The translations under genes and the position numbers were made by a program. A stretch of 64,000 nucleotides of DNA from Halieaceae bacterium (GTDB lineage: Bacteria; Pseudomonadota; Gammaproteobacteria; Pseudomonadales; Halieaceae). The stretch is taken from NCBI GenBank assembly GCA_038143085.1, contig JAYQLG010000006.1:128113-192112 (forward strand), given 5' to 3'. Positions within the stretch are counted from its first letter, which is position 1. Each line of letters begins with the position of its first letter. The notes below the pieces were generated by a model. That model did not search any database, was not told the origin of the DNA, and worked only from the letters and a program-made list of their open reading frames with translations. This document shows, piece by piece, positions 12,241 to 25,034 of the stretch.

Positions 12241-13301
12241 CCGTTTAGATACTCAGCCAGAGCGCTCAATAAACGCGCCTGCTGGTCTTTTGTACCCACG
12301 GTAATACGGACCCAAGGCAGCAGGTCGTCGCTAGACCAGCTCCGAACAAGGATATTTTGGGCCTTCAAATACTCGGTAAACGCCACGCCCGTATGTTCAG
12401 GGTGTGACGCGAGGACAAAGTTAGCCTGGGACGGCAACACGGAGAAACCCAGCTGCGTGAGCCCTGCTGCCAGCTCGGCCCTATTTTCTTTCACAGCCGC
12501 TGACGCCTCGGTAAACCAGGCAGAGTCTGAAACCGCGGCAGTAGCGACACATTGCGCATAAGCGTCAACAGGATACGAGTTAAACGAGTCCTTTACCCGA
12601 CGCAGTCCTTCCACAAGGTTGGCGTGTGCAAGCGCATAACCAACACGCAAGCCTGCGAGCGCATGACTCTTGGAGAAGCTTCGGGTGATCAGCAAATTAT
12701 CGTATTGGTTGATCAGGGAAACCGCGGACGGAGCACCAAAGCCAAAGTAGGCTTCATCGATTAGCACCAGACGATTCGGATCGTGTGCCACCAACCCCTC
12801 GATTGTTCCTAGTGGCAAGCTCAAACCCGTTGGCGCATTGGGATTGGGAAACACCACAGGACCATCCCACGCCTTGAGCGCTTCAACATCAATCGAAAGA
12901 TCAGCTCGCATGGGCACCTGATGCAATCCCCGCCCGAGCAACTTGGCCCATACCGGGTAGAACGTGTAGGTCATGGCAGGCACAGCAGGCACTTTATCGC
13001 TATCGGAGAGGAATGCTGTCCACGCGAACGCCAATACTTCATCCGAGCCATTTGTTACCAATACCTGATCAGGAGAAACGTTATTCGCTTTAGCAATTGC
13101 CTCGGTGAGAAGCCGCGAGGTTGGGTCTGGGTAACGTCGCAAACGCTCGACATCTAACTGCTGGCCAGCCGACACTGCCTCTGACGAGGGTGCGAGCGCA
13201 TGCTCATTGGTATTTAGCTTGACGACGTCGCTGTTCTGCGCCTGCTCACCCGGTGTATATGGCGAAAGATGCTGCAGCGTGTCTGACCAGAGGCGGTGCA
13301 T
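12237..13301 (-). CDS. hisC: Histidinol-phosphate aminotransferase (class II PLP), stand-alone
   Basis: YTPGEQ, KLNTNE, NPNAPTG, DEAY, RSFSKSHALAGLRVGY (PLP lysine). Confidence 0.85.
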   Translation of the reverse strand: MHRLWSDTLQHLSPYTPGEQAQNSDVVKLNTNEHALAPSSEAVSAGQQLDVERLRRYPDPTSRLLTEAIAKANNVSPDQVLVTNGSDEVLAFAWTAFLSDSDKVPAVPAMTYTFYPVWAKLLGRGLHQVPMRADLSIDVEALKAWDGPVVFPNPNAPTGLSLPLGTIEGLVAHDPNRLVLIDEAYFGFGAPSAVSLINQYDNLLITRSFSKSHALAGLRVGYALAHANLVEGLRRVKDSFNSYPVDAYAQCVATAAVSDSAWFTEASAAVKENRAELAAGLTQLGFSVLPSQANFVLASHPEHTGVAFTEYLKAQNILVRSWSSDDLLPWVRITVGTKDQQARLLSALAEYLNG

Positions 13302-13581
13302 TTATGACCCCGATAAAAACAATAGTGGATGGCCGTCACCGACCGATATCAGCTACCCGTGTGAGATGCCGAGCGGCAAGTATATCTAAAAAGTGCCTCG
13401 CACATTTGGCAGGAGCCGATGCCCATAGATCATCAACGATATCTGGTATCACAAAGACGTTATAAACGAAAAATCTCAGACTCTAGGCTGTCTCACCCCA
13501 ACTCACGGCAGCGTTTTGGGGCCACCCCCAAAATTCTCAATGCTCATAGCGGCTTCGGGCGTTTATCGGGTTGATACTGGA

Positions 13582-14886
13582 CTAGTGTGCAGCCGCTTGA
13601 ATTCCCTTCTGATGGGGCTTGAAGACCATCGAAAACACCGAGCCCTGTCCATAAACACTATCAATGAGTAGCTCTGCGTTGTGGCTAACAGCCACGTGCT
13701 TCACTATCGCCAAACCGAGCCCTGTTCCCCCAGTTGCCTGGCTTCGGCTCTTATCGACTCGGTAGAAGCGCTCGGTCAGCCGTGGAATATGCTGTGGCTT
13801 GATTCCCTCTCCCTCATCTCGAACGGTCAAGGTTGGATAGCCCGCATCGAGCTTCCACTCCACTGTGACAAGATCGTCGTGACCACTGTACTTCAGCGCA
13901 TTTACAACCAAATTACTTACCGCACTGTGGAGTTCCGTTGCATCACCTAGGATGACATCGTCGTGCTCTAGCTGCGTATCGATTTTACGCTCTGGGTAGG
14001 CGGCTCTCAGATCTTCTATGATTTCCGTCACCAGGTCTGTCATGTTAATCGGGAGTGTCTTGTCGGCGCCCTCAATGGTTTCAATTCGGGACAGCCACAA
14101 CAGATCCTTTAGAAGCACCTCCATACGAACCACTTGCATATCCATTTGTACCAATGGACGCTGAATCTTTGTAACGAGCTCCGAATCTAGCGACTGAAGA
14201 TTTTCGACGTAGCCTTTGAGCACCGTCAAAGGCGTCCGCAATTCGTGGGAGACGTTACCCACAAAGTCGCGACGCATCATTTCGAGCTTGTACTGCTCGG
14301 TGATGTCTTTGATAAAAATCAGTTTATCGCCGCCGCCGAAAGTGGACACCTCCACCTGCAGACATCGCTTCTGATCGCTAGATGGAGGAATACGCAGCGG
14401 CACCTGGTAGTCGCCCACCGCCAAATAATCTGAGAAATGAGGAAGATGTATCTTACTGACGAGCGGCCTTCCCTCGTCTCTGTCTAAACTAATTCCCAGC
14501 AGCCCCCCCGCCGAGTCGTTCATCCATGCAATGTTGCCCCAAGGGTCGGTAATGATCGCAGCGTCACGCATGGACTTGAGTGAATCCTGCAAGTAATGCA
14601 GGGAGGACTCCAGGCGCCCCTGCGCCTCCTCACTCTGACTCCGGAGACGGTGAATGTAATCGAACAGGAGCCCCCACACCCCAGCGGCCTGAGGCGTCTC
14701 GTCAGTAACGTTAGATAACCACCGCTCAACCCGGAACATCTGATAGCTCCAGAAGACGAGCACCACCAGCATTGCTAGGCCTAGGCCGGTTGCGGGCCTA
14801 CCAAAATACAGTCCTGAAGCTGCTCCAACACCGAGGACGGCAACAATACCAACAAGTGCTCGCCACCAATGGCTGAGAAAGGTCAC
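13582..14886 (-). CDS. phoR: Phosphate regulon sensor histidine kinase
   Basis: N-terminal TM segments, PAS-like region, H-box FVGNVSHELRTPLTV, ERFYRVDKSRS, GGTGLGL. Overlaps phoB (ATGA). Confidence 0.93.
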   Translation of the reverse strand: MTFLSHWWRALVGIVAVLGVGAASGLYFGRPATGLGLAMLVVLVFWSYQMFRVERWLSNVTDETPQAAGVWGLLFDYIHRLRSQSEEAQGRLESSLHYLQDSLKSMRDAAIITDPWGNIAWMNDSAGGLLGISLDRDEGRPLVSKIHLPHFSDYLAVGDYQVPLRIPPSSDQKRCLQVEVSTFGGGDKLIFIKDITEQYKLEMMRRDFVGNVSHELRTPLTVLKGYVENLQSLDSELVTKIQRPLVQMDMQVVRMEVLLKDLLWLSRIETIEGADKTLPINMTDLVTEIIEDLRAAYPERKIDTQLEHDDVILGDATELHSAVSNLVVNALKYSGHDDLVTVEWKLDAGYPTLTVRDEGEGIKPQHIPRLTERFYRVDKSRSQATGGTGLGLAIVKHVAVSHNAELLIDSVYGQGSVFSMVFKPHQKGIQAAAH

Positions 14887-15593
14887 TCGGAGACCACACC
14901 CTTGGCCGAGAAACGGTAGCCCGTGCCCCTGACGGTCTGAATGAGATCACTGTAGTCATGAACGCCGCCCTCAAGCGCCTTTCTCAGACGTCGGATGTGT
15001 ACATCAACAGTGCGTTCTTCGACGTACACGTTGGCACCCCACACATGATCAAGTAGCTGGTTTCGCGTGTAGGCCCGCTCAGGGTGGGACATGAAGAACT
15101 GAAGCAAATTAAATTCAGTGGGACCCATTTCGATGGGCGAATTGGCTACAAAAATACGACGGCTATCGACATCGAGGACTAGCTCGCCGACTTCCAGTCG
15201 GTCGCGCTGCTCGCCCCCAACGCTTCTGCGAAGCAGTGCCTTGATGCGGGCAATCAGCTCACGCGGAGCAAACGGTTTGGTCACGTAATCGTCCGCACCC
15301 GCATCCAGGCCCTGAATGACATTATCCTCGGCCACCTTGGCGGTTAGCATGATCACAGGTATTTCGGAGGTAGTGTCGTTTTTCTTTAACCGTCGCAGCA
15401 GTTCCAGTCCGCTACCACCCGGTAGCATCCAATCCAGTAAAACGATCGCTGGTCGCTCGTCCACAATAAGGCGGTGCGCGTCTTGAATATTCTCGGCCTC
15501 GAGACATTCAAAGTCAGCGATTTCAAGCGCCATTCGCAACATATCGCGAATAGAGAATTCGTCATCAACAATCAGTACTTTTTTCGACACCAT
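14883..15593 (-). CDS. phoB: Phosphate regulon response regulator
   Basis: Receiver LLDWMLPGGSG, winged helix VWGANVYVEERTVDVHIRRLRK; adjacent to phoR; Pho boxes upstream. Confidence 0.95.
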   Translation of the reverse strand: MVSKKVLIVDDEFSIRDMLRMALEIADFECLEAENIQDAHRLIVDERPAIVLLDWMLPGGSGLELLRRLKKNDTTSEIPVIMLTAKVAEDNVIQGLDAGADDYVTKPFAPRELIARIKALLRRSVGGEQRDRLEVGELVLDVDSRRIFVANSPIEMGPTEFNLLQFFMSHPERAYTRNQLLDHVWGANVYVEERTVDVHIRRLRKALEGGVHDYSDLIQTVRGTGYRFSAKGVVSE

Positions 15594-15624
15594 CGAATAA
15601 CACCTTCCGCATCGTCACCGCTTA

Positions 15625-15680
15625 ATGACACTAAAATGACAATAAAATTTAATGACATTAACGTGACATTAAAATGACGG
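15625..15680 (-). promoter_or_regulatory. Pho-box array (five half-sites) upstream of phoB
   Basis: Minus strand CCGTCAT-TTTA-ATGTCAC-GTTA-ATGTCAT-(9 nt)-TTGTCAT-TTTA-GTGTCAT. Repeats at 11-bp period match the PhoB consensus CTGTCAT-N4-CTGTCAY. Confidence 0.88.
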
Positions 15681-15683
15681 CGA

Positions 15684-19236
<3,553 letters not shown>

Positions 19237-19247
19237 TACCTATTCCC

Positions 19248-22200
19248 CTAACTTGCTGCCAGCCTCGCTGCTTCCTCAATATCGACCGTAACCAACCTCG
19301 AGACACCTGGCTCGTGCATGGTCACGCCCATTAGCTGCTCAGCCGCTTCCATGGTGATTTTATTGTGTGTAATGAAGACAAATTGCACCTTTTTTGACAT
19401 CTCTGATACCAGGCGCGCGTACCGCCCAACGTTTGCGTCGTCGAGTGGCGCATCGACCTCGTCGAGCATACAAAAAGGCGCGGGGTTTAACTGAAATATC
19501 GAGAAGACCAAGGCGATTGCCGTCATCGCTTTCTCACCACCTGACAGTAGGTGAATGGTGCTGTTTTTCTTACCGGGGGGCCGCGCCATGATCGCGACAC
19601 CTGTGTCTAGCAAGTCATCGCCCGTCATCTCAAGGCACGCCGTTCCGCCTCCAAACACTTTGGGAAACAACTCGGCGAAGCCAGCGTTGACTGTATCAAA
19701 CGTGTCCTTAAAGCGACTCCGGGTCTCTTTATCGATCTTCTTAATGGCATTCTGCAGCGTTTCAAGAGCGGTTCTCAGATCGTCGTCTTGAGCGTCCAGA
19801 TACTCCTTGCGCTCTTCGGCGCGAGTTGTCTCGTCAATCGCGGCGAGGTTGATGGGCCCGAGCCGATGAATTCGCGCAGCGATTCGTTCCACCCGCACTT
19901 GCCACTCTGTTTCGTCAGCGTCCTCCGGCAGACTCTCCTCTACGGACTCCAGCGTGACCTCGAGCTCAGAAAGCGCCGCATCAATTTGCTCAACGCGAAC
20001 GCCTGTCTCTGCCACCTTAAGGCGAGCGCCTTCACTACGGGTCTGCACTCCCGCTACCGCTTGCTCGGCTTCCATTCGAGATTGCTCTTTGCTTCGAAGT
20101 GCAGACTCGAGCTCGGACAAGCCTTGCCTTGCCTGGGTCAGCTGCGACTCCACCGCCAGCCGGCGCTCGAGTAGTTCACTCAATTCCTGCTGAGCAGCAA
20201 GATCAGGATTCTCCTCCGTTGGCATCTCTCCTCGGATCGACGCCTCTCGTTGCTCGTAGTTGGTGACCTGCTCTCTTGCACGCTCAATCGATCGGGAGAG
20301 TGCCTCGCGCTGCGTCAATAACTCCCGATGCCGTACTTCACTGCGATTGAGGCCAACATCTGCCTGCTGCTTCTCTTGCCGACATTGACGTACTTGCTCT
20401 CTCGCTTGCGTTCTTGCTGTCTCCAGCGCCTCTCGCACACCTTCATCAGACTCGACCTGATGCTGAGCACGATTTAGCATTTGTTTTGCTTCATCGATCA
20501 CTGACTGCTCTTCTGCCGCCCGTACTTCTGCGTCAGTCACATCCTGACGCAACTGTGCCTCACGATTCTGTCGTTGCTCTCGCTCGGCAATAAGTGCTCG
20601 TCGCTGCGTATCAAGGCGGCTCAAGGTTTGCTGCGCTACTTGCAGCACCTCTTGCTCGGCATCAATTGTTCGCTCGGTCTCTGCTCGCTTTACTCGGAGT
20701 TCCTCGATGCGAGTATCGGTCCCATCAAGTGCGCGCGACGCGACCTCGAAAGCCTCAGCCACTGCATTCAGCTGAGACTGCCTGGCAATAATGCCCTGTT
20801 CCGCGTCTGCTTCGCCTCTAGAGCGCATCCAATGTTTCGCAACCCAAAGACCATCTTTTGAAATAATCGACTCGTCGACAGAGAGACTGGCCCGTGCGCC
20901 TAAAGCTTCCTGCCAATCCTCTGCGACACGCACGCCGGACATAAGATGCTCGAGCCCTCGGGGCAATTGAATGTAATGCGATAGCAATAGCGGATCGGCT
21001 GATCTCTCGCCCGGCTCTGCATCGACCAAGGTTAAGCCCGTCGGCGGGACATCAATACTTGAGCTCAAAGATGTCAGTTCCGCCTGTAGTGCGACCAACC
21101 AATCACCGAGCACCACATCAGCCGCCGCCTCAAATCCCTCATCAACGACGATAGCCTCCACAAGTGGAGCGGCCTGCTCTATCCCGTGATTTCCGAGCCA
21201 CTCGCTCACAAAGTCGCCTGAAGAGCGCGCTTGCGCATCTAACTGTAGCGCCTCAAGTGAGGCTCGCTGACCAGTCAGCGCCTGTATTTCCCGTCGGAGC
21301 TCGTCCTGCTTGTGCCTCAATGCCTCAAGTTCCGATCGGGAGGACTGCAATGCTTCCTTCAGCGAGTCCAAGGTGGTCTTTTGAGTCACTACCGCCTGCT
21401 CTGCATCGGCAAGGTCACTACTGACAGTGTCCAGATCTGTCTCTTCAACCGATTCACTCAAACCAGCTAATTCACTTTTGATTCGTGCAAGACGTTCATT
21501 GAGCGCAGCTAAGTTCCGCTCTGCGTTACCCTGTCGCCCTTGCTGTACTTCAACTTGCTGTTTGGGAACGGCCGCACGCTGGGTGAAATGATCCCAATCA
21601 CCATCAGCTGTCGCCGCGACCTTCTCTGCTTCCGCCAGTGCAAGATCGACTCGACCCACCTCTTCGCGCTCGCGAGTCAATGTCGGTTCAATCGACGCTA
21701 AGGCCTCGGCGAGCTCGGTCAGGCGCTGACTGTCCGAGTCAACCAGACCCAACTCTCGTTGCTTACCTTCCAGCGTCTGCTCGAGATCACGAGCCAAGGT
21801 CTCACGACGTTGCTTCGCAAAATTCATGGCCTGTTCGATTCGGCTGACTTCACTACCGAGCGAGTAAAAATCTCCCTGCAACTGACTCGCGCCCGCATTG
21901 GCATCCGTTATCTGCTGACGTAGCGACTCGATCTCGGAGACACACGATGACACCTGAGCCTGATAACGCTCTCGCTCAGTCGCAAAATCGTCTATTTCTC
22001 TCTGAGCCCGTGTCGCGACACCAGCCTGCACTCTTCGTTGGAGTGTCAATAGCTGCGCTTTAAGCTCCCGCTCCTCGGCTTTGTATTCGGCGTAACGCTC
22101 GGCAGCCTGTGCCTGGCGTTTTAAGTGGGTAAGGTTTCGCTCTAACTCCTCGCGAAGATCAGTCAAGCGATCGAGATTATCCAGCGTGCGCTGCATGCGG

Positions 22201-22745
22201 TTTTCGGTTTCTCGGCGTCGCTCTTTGTACTTAGAGATTCCCGCGGCTTCTTCGATGTAAACACGAAGATCTTCGGGTTTTGACTCAATCAGGCGCGAAA
22301 TCATGCCCTGCTCGATGATGGCGTAGCTGCGGGGCCCGAGACCAGTACCTAAAAAGAGGTCAGTAATGTCCCGGCGCCGACACTTGTTTCCGTTCAGAAA
22401 ATAATCTGACGTGCCCTCACGTGTCACCAGACGCCTAACCGATATTTCGTTATAGGCGGCGTACTCGCCACCGACCTTACCCGCCGAGTTATCAAACAGG
22501 AGCTCAATGGACGCTTGTCCAACCGGCTGTCGATGCGTGGTCCCGTTGAAGATGACGTCGGTCATCGACTCGCCGCGGAGCGTCTTGGCAGAGCTCTCAC
22601 CCATGACCCAACGAACAGCGTCGATAATATTCGACTTACCACAGCCATTGGGGCCTACCACCGCGCACATATTGCTCGGCAATGTGACCTTGGTTGGGTC
22701 CACAAACGACTTGAACCCGGAGAGTGAAATAGACTTTAGGCGCAT
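19248..22745 (-). CDS. smc: Chromosome segregation protein SMC
   Basis: GFKSF, Walker A GPNGCGKSN, long coiled coils, LSGGE signature, LDEVDAPLD. Start ATG 22745 (MRLKS). Confidence 0.97.
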   Translation of the reverse strand: MRLKSISLSGFKSFVDPTKVTLPSNMCAVVGPNGCGKSNIIDAVRWVMGESSAKTLRGESMTDVIFNGTTHRQPVGQASIELLFDNSAGKVGGEYAAYNEISVRRLVTREGTSDYFLNGNKCRRRDITDLFLGTGLGPRSYAIIEQGMISRLIESKPEDLRVYIEEAAGISKYKERRRETENRMQRTLDNLDRLTDLREELERNLTHLKRQAQAAERYAEYKAEERELKAQLLTLQRRVQAGVATRAQREIDDFATERERYQAQVSSCVSEIESLRQQITDANAGASQLQGDFYSLGSEVSRIEQAMNFAKQRRETLARDLEQTLEGKQRELGLVDSDSQRLTELAEALASIEPTLTREREEVGRVDLALAEAEKVAATADGDWDHFTQRAAVPKQQVEVQQGRQGNAERNLAALNERLARIKSELAGLSESVEETDLDTVSSDLADAEQAVVTQKTTLDSLKEALQSSRSELEALRHKQDELRREIQALTGQRASLEALQLDAQARSSGDFVSEWLGNHGIEQAAPLVEAIVVDEGFEAAADVVLGDWLVALQAELTSLSSSIDVPPTGLTLVDAEPGERSADPLLLSHYIQLPRGLEHLMSGVRVAEDWQEALGARASLSVDESIISKDGLWVAKHWMRSRGEADAEQGIIARQSQLNAVAEAFEVASRALDGTDTRIEELRVKRAETERTIDAEQEVLQVAQQTLSRLDTQRRALIAEREQRQNREAQLRQDVTDAEVRAAEEQSVIDEAKQMLNRAQHQVESDEGVREALETARTQAREQVRQCRQEKQQADVGLNRSEVRHRELLTQREALSRSIERAREQVTNYEQREASIRGEMPTEENPDLAAQQELSELLERRLAVESQLTQARQGLSELESALRSKEQSRMEAEQAVAGVQTRSEGARLKVAETGVRVEQIDAALSELEVTLESVEESLPEDADETEWQVRVERIAARIHRLGPINLAAIDETTRAEERKEYLDAQDDDLRTALETLQNAIKKIDKETRSRFKDTFDTVNAGFAELFPKVFGGGTACLEMTGDDLLDTGVAIMARPPGKKNSTIHLLSGGEKAMTAIALVFSIFQLNPAPFCMLDEVDAPLDDANVGRYARLVSEMSKKVQFVFITHNKITMEAAEQLMGVTMHEPGVSRLVTVDIEEAARLAAS

Positions 22746-22789
22746 TAACTCTCTAGCGGCGCAAACATGCCGCCCACATCCCATTCAAA

Positions 22790-22805
22790 ACACTAGATGT
22801 AGTGT
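22790..22805. promoter_or_regulatory. Candidate NrdR box upstream of smc
   Basis: 16-bp near-palindrome ACACTAGATGTAGTGT versus NrdR consensus acaCwAtATaTwGtgt. A weaker half-match ACACTATATGCAAATC lies at 22824-22839. Confidence 0.6.
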
Positions 22806-22861
22806 ACCCAGAAAGGAATCTCAACACTATATGCAAATCGATCTAATTAGGTCGAAAGACC

Positions 22862-24043
22862 TCAGGGAGTGAGTGTCACCATAGTTTCAGCTGAGTCGCT
22901 GAGGGTCACGTTGCTAGCAGACCCACGTAGAACAGCATTCGCTAGACCAGGCTGTCCATTTCGAGACACTTGCACCTCAAGGTCGACCGCACTCAAGGCT
23001 GACAGCGATTGACCAGCCATACTGTTGGCGTCGCTGAGTCTTACCGTGAATGGCCATTCCCCGATGATATTGCGGCTCACAGCAGTTGGCATACGCACCT
23101 GGCTTCCCGCCGGCCGCGCTATGATAAAGGCTGTCAGGCCGTCGTAAGCCGAGGCGTCCATCGTTTCATCGAGCGTGACAATTACGGTCACGCCGGCGGT
23201 CATCTCAGCCGATGTCTTATCCGATGGAGCCGCTTGCTGGTTTCCCGCCTGAGCGATGCGGGATTCGGACTCCGCAATCGCACTCTTCATCAACTCGTGA
23301 GCTTCAGAGCCCGGGACCTCCAAATCTCGAAGCACCCGCATATATCCAATGGCTTGAATGTAGTTACCCTGACCGAACTCGCCCATAGCCAAGGTTGCAA
23401 GAGCCGACTTTTGCCTTGGATCAGACGCGAGAGCTTTCTCTGCGCGCTGCCGTGCTCGAGTATTCAATGCCTGACCGTTGACAATAAACTCCGCCTGCGC
23501 CGCCCGCCCCAAGACATCAGGTGCCTCAGGAGCCTCCTCTAAAATCGCCTCAAAGTTTTCAAGCGCCTCTGACGCACGCCCTGTAGAAATGTAGTACTCA
23601 CCGAGAAGCGAGCGATAATCAAGGTTCTTCGGCCGTTCACTAGAACGTTGCTCAATTCGCGTCACAAGCTCAGTGACGTCCTCGGGCGAAGCAGCACCAA
23701 GATCGACAATAGCACGGGTAATCTGAACATCTTCATACGCACCTAAACGGTCGTAAATCGCCAACGTGGCGGCAATCAGCGCAATGACCAACACGATTTG
23801 GTAACGCCAGCTAGACGCCCCACCTTCAATTATTTGTGCCGCTTGCTCGCTGTCCTTGTCATCCCAGACACGCAGCTGCGCATCACTCAACAGTTCGGCA
23901 TCGTCTGTTTCCGTTTTACGGACAGTCAGCCAATCATCCAGCGAATCACCCTCAAGCTGCCGCGTCCAAAGCGCGGGCAATACCGTTAGGAACACCGCAG
24001 CGATAGCGCACAGCCCCAACGCTATCGGGAATAGATCGTTCAC
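22862..24043 (-). CDS. ccmI: Cytochrome c biogenesis TPR protein CcmI/CycH
   Basis: Two TM segments, TPR-like helices, C-terminal IIARP...MP...LSDANSM domain. GTG start at 24043 overlaps the ccmH stop. Confidence 0.8.
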   Translation of the reverse strand: MNDLFPIALGLCAIAAVFLTVLPALWTRQLEGDSLDDWLTVRKTETDDAELLSDAQLRVWDDKDSEQAAQIIEGGASSWRYQIVLVIALIAATLAIYDRLGAYEDVQITRAIVDLGAASPEDVTELVTRIEQRSSERPKNLDYRSLLGEYYISTGRASEALENFEAILEEAPEAPDVLGRAAQAEFIVNGQALNTRARQRAEKALASDPRQKSALATLAMGEFGQGNYIQAIGYMRVLRDLEVPGSEAHELMKSAIAESESRIAQAGNQQAAPSDKTSAEMTAGVTVIVTLDETMDASAYDGLTAFIIARPAGSQVRMPTAVSRNIIGEWPFTVRLSDANSMAGQSLSALSAVDLEVQVSRNGQPGLANAVLRGSASNVTLSDSAETMVTLTP

Positions 24044-24495
24044 GAGCGATCCCCGTCGAACTTCTCTCTCAGCCTGTTTGCACGCTCCGCGTTTGAGGAG
24101 ATCGTTTGACCATCCCTGTCTTTTCGTATTTGGGTCACCACCACAGCCACCGCCATGACGAGAAGAATGAGCGGCGCCGACCACAACCACAACGTATTCG
24201 CGTCCATGCCAGGTCGGTATCGAACAAATTCGCCATAACGGTCTACAAGGAAGTCGATGATCTCTTCATCCGTAGCCCCAGCTTCTAGCTGCTCGTGCAC
24301 AATCGCACGTAAGTCTCGGGAGATCGGAGCGTTTGAGTCAGCGATATTCTGATTTTGGCATTTGGGACATCGAAGCTCTTGACTCAATGCCTTATAACGC
24401 GCTTCCAAGCCTGGCGAGCTGAACTCATAAGTTTCAATGACCGCAAGCGATTGAGCGGACCAAAAAATCATAACAGCGAGTAATAGACGAACCAT
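24040..24495 (-). CDS. ccmH: Cytochrome c biogenesis protein CcmH
   Basis: LRCPKCQNQNIADSNA, RYGEFVRYRP. Confidence 0.93.
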   Translation of the reverse strand: MVRLLLAVMIFWSAQSLAVIETYEFSSPGLEARYKALSQELRCPKCQNQNIADSNAPISRDLRAIVHEQLEAGATDEEIIDFLVDRYGEFVRYRPGMDANTLWLWSAPLILLVMAVAVVVTQIRKDRDGQTISSNAERANRLREKFDGDRS

Positions 24496-25034
24496 TAATC
24501 TGACCCTCCAGCCATTAGCGACGCTTCAAAATACGGCGCAAGTTGCTCATTCCAGACTTGCTCGTTAACCACACCCACATGCCGGTGCCGTACGACACCT
24601 GAGGCATCAATCACATACGTTTCTGGCGCACCGTAGACACCCAGATCCAAGCCAAACAAACCGTCTTTATCGACCACAGTCTCGGCATAGGGATTACCTA
24701 AATCATCGAGCCAGACAAGGGCCTTTTCCGGATCGTCCTTGTAATTCAACCCATAAATAGTGATCCCATTCTCCGCCAACTCCAACAGATAAGGGTGTTC
24801 GACACGGCAAGAAAAACACCAGGTTGCCCACACGTTGATCAACGCTGGCTCACCGTGCCAATCCTCAGCTTGACGCGACACAGATTCGCCCAAGACAGGC
24901 AGGTTGAAGTTTGGCAATGAGTCACCCAAGCGCGCAGATGGAAGTTCTGTAGGATCGAGCGATAAGCCTCGCACCAACAGCACCACCAGCAATAAGAATG
25001 CGGCTAATGGAAGGAAGCGCTTAAGCGGCTGCAC
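24495..25034 (-). CDS. ccmG: Thiol:disulfide interchange protein CcmG/DsbE
   Basis: WATWCFSC thioredoxin motif, GVYGAPETY. GTG start after AAGGAG. Confidence 0.92.
   Translation of the reverse strand: MQPLKRFLPLAAFLLLVVLLVRGLSLDPTELPSARLGDSLPNFNLPVLGESVSRQAEDWHGEPALINVWATWCFSCRVEHPYLLELAENGITIYGLNYKDDPEKALVWLDDLGNPYAETVVDKDGLFGLDLGVYGAPETYVIDASGVVRHRHVGVVNEQVWNEQLAPYFEASLMAGGSD

Noticed and set aside
13309-13570. 9-bp inverted repeats (CCCGATAAA / TTTATCGGG) at the ends of the phoR-hisC intergenic region, a possible MITE
   Set aside because: The match is short and plausible by chance; there is no target-site duplication and no second copy in the window.
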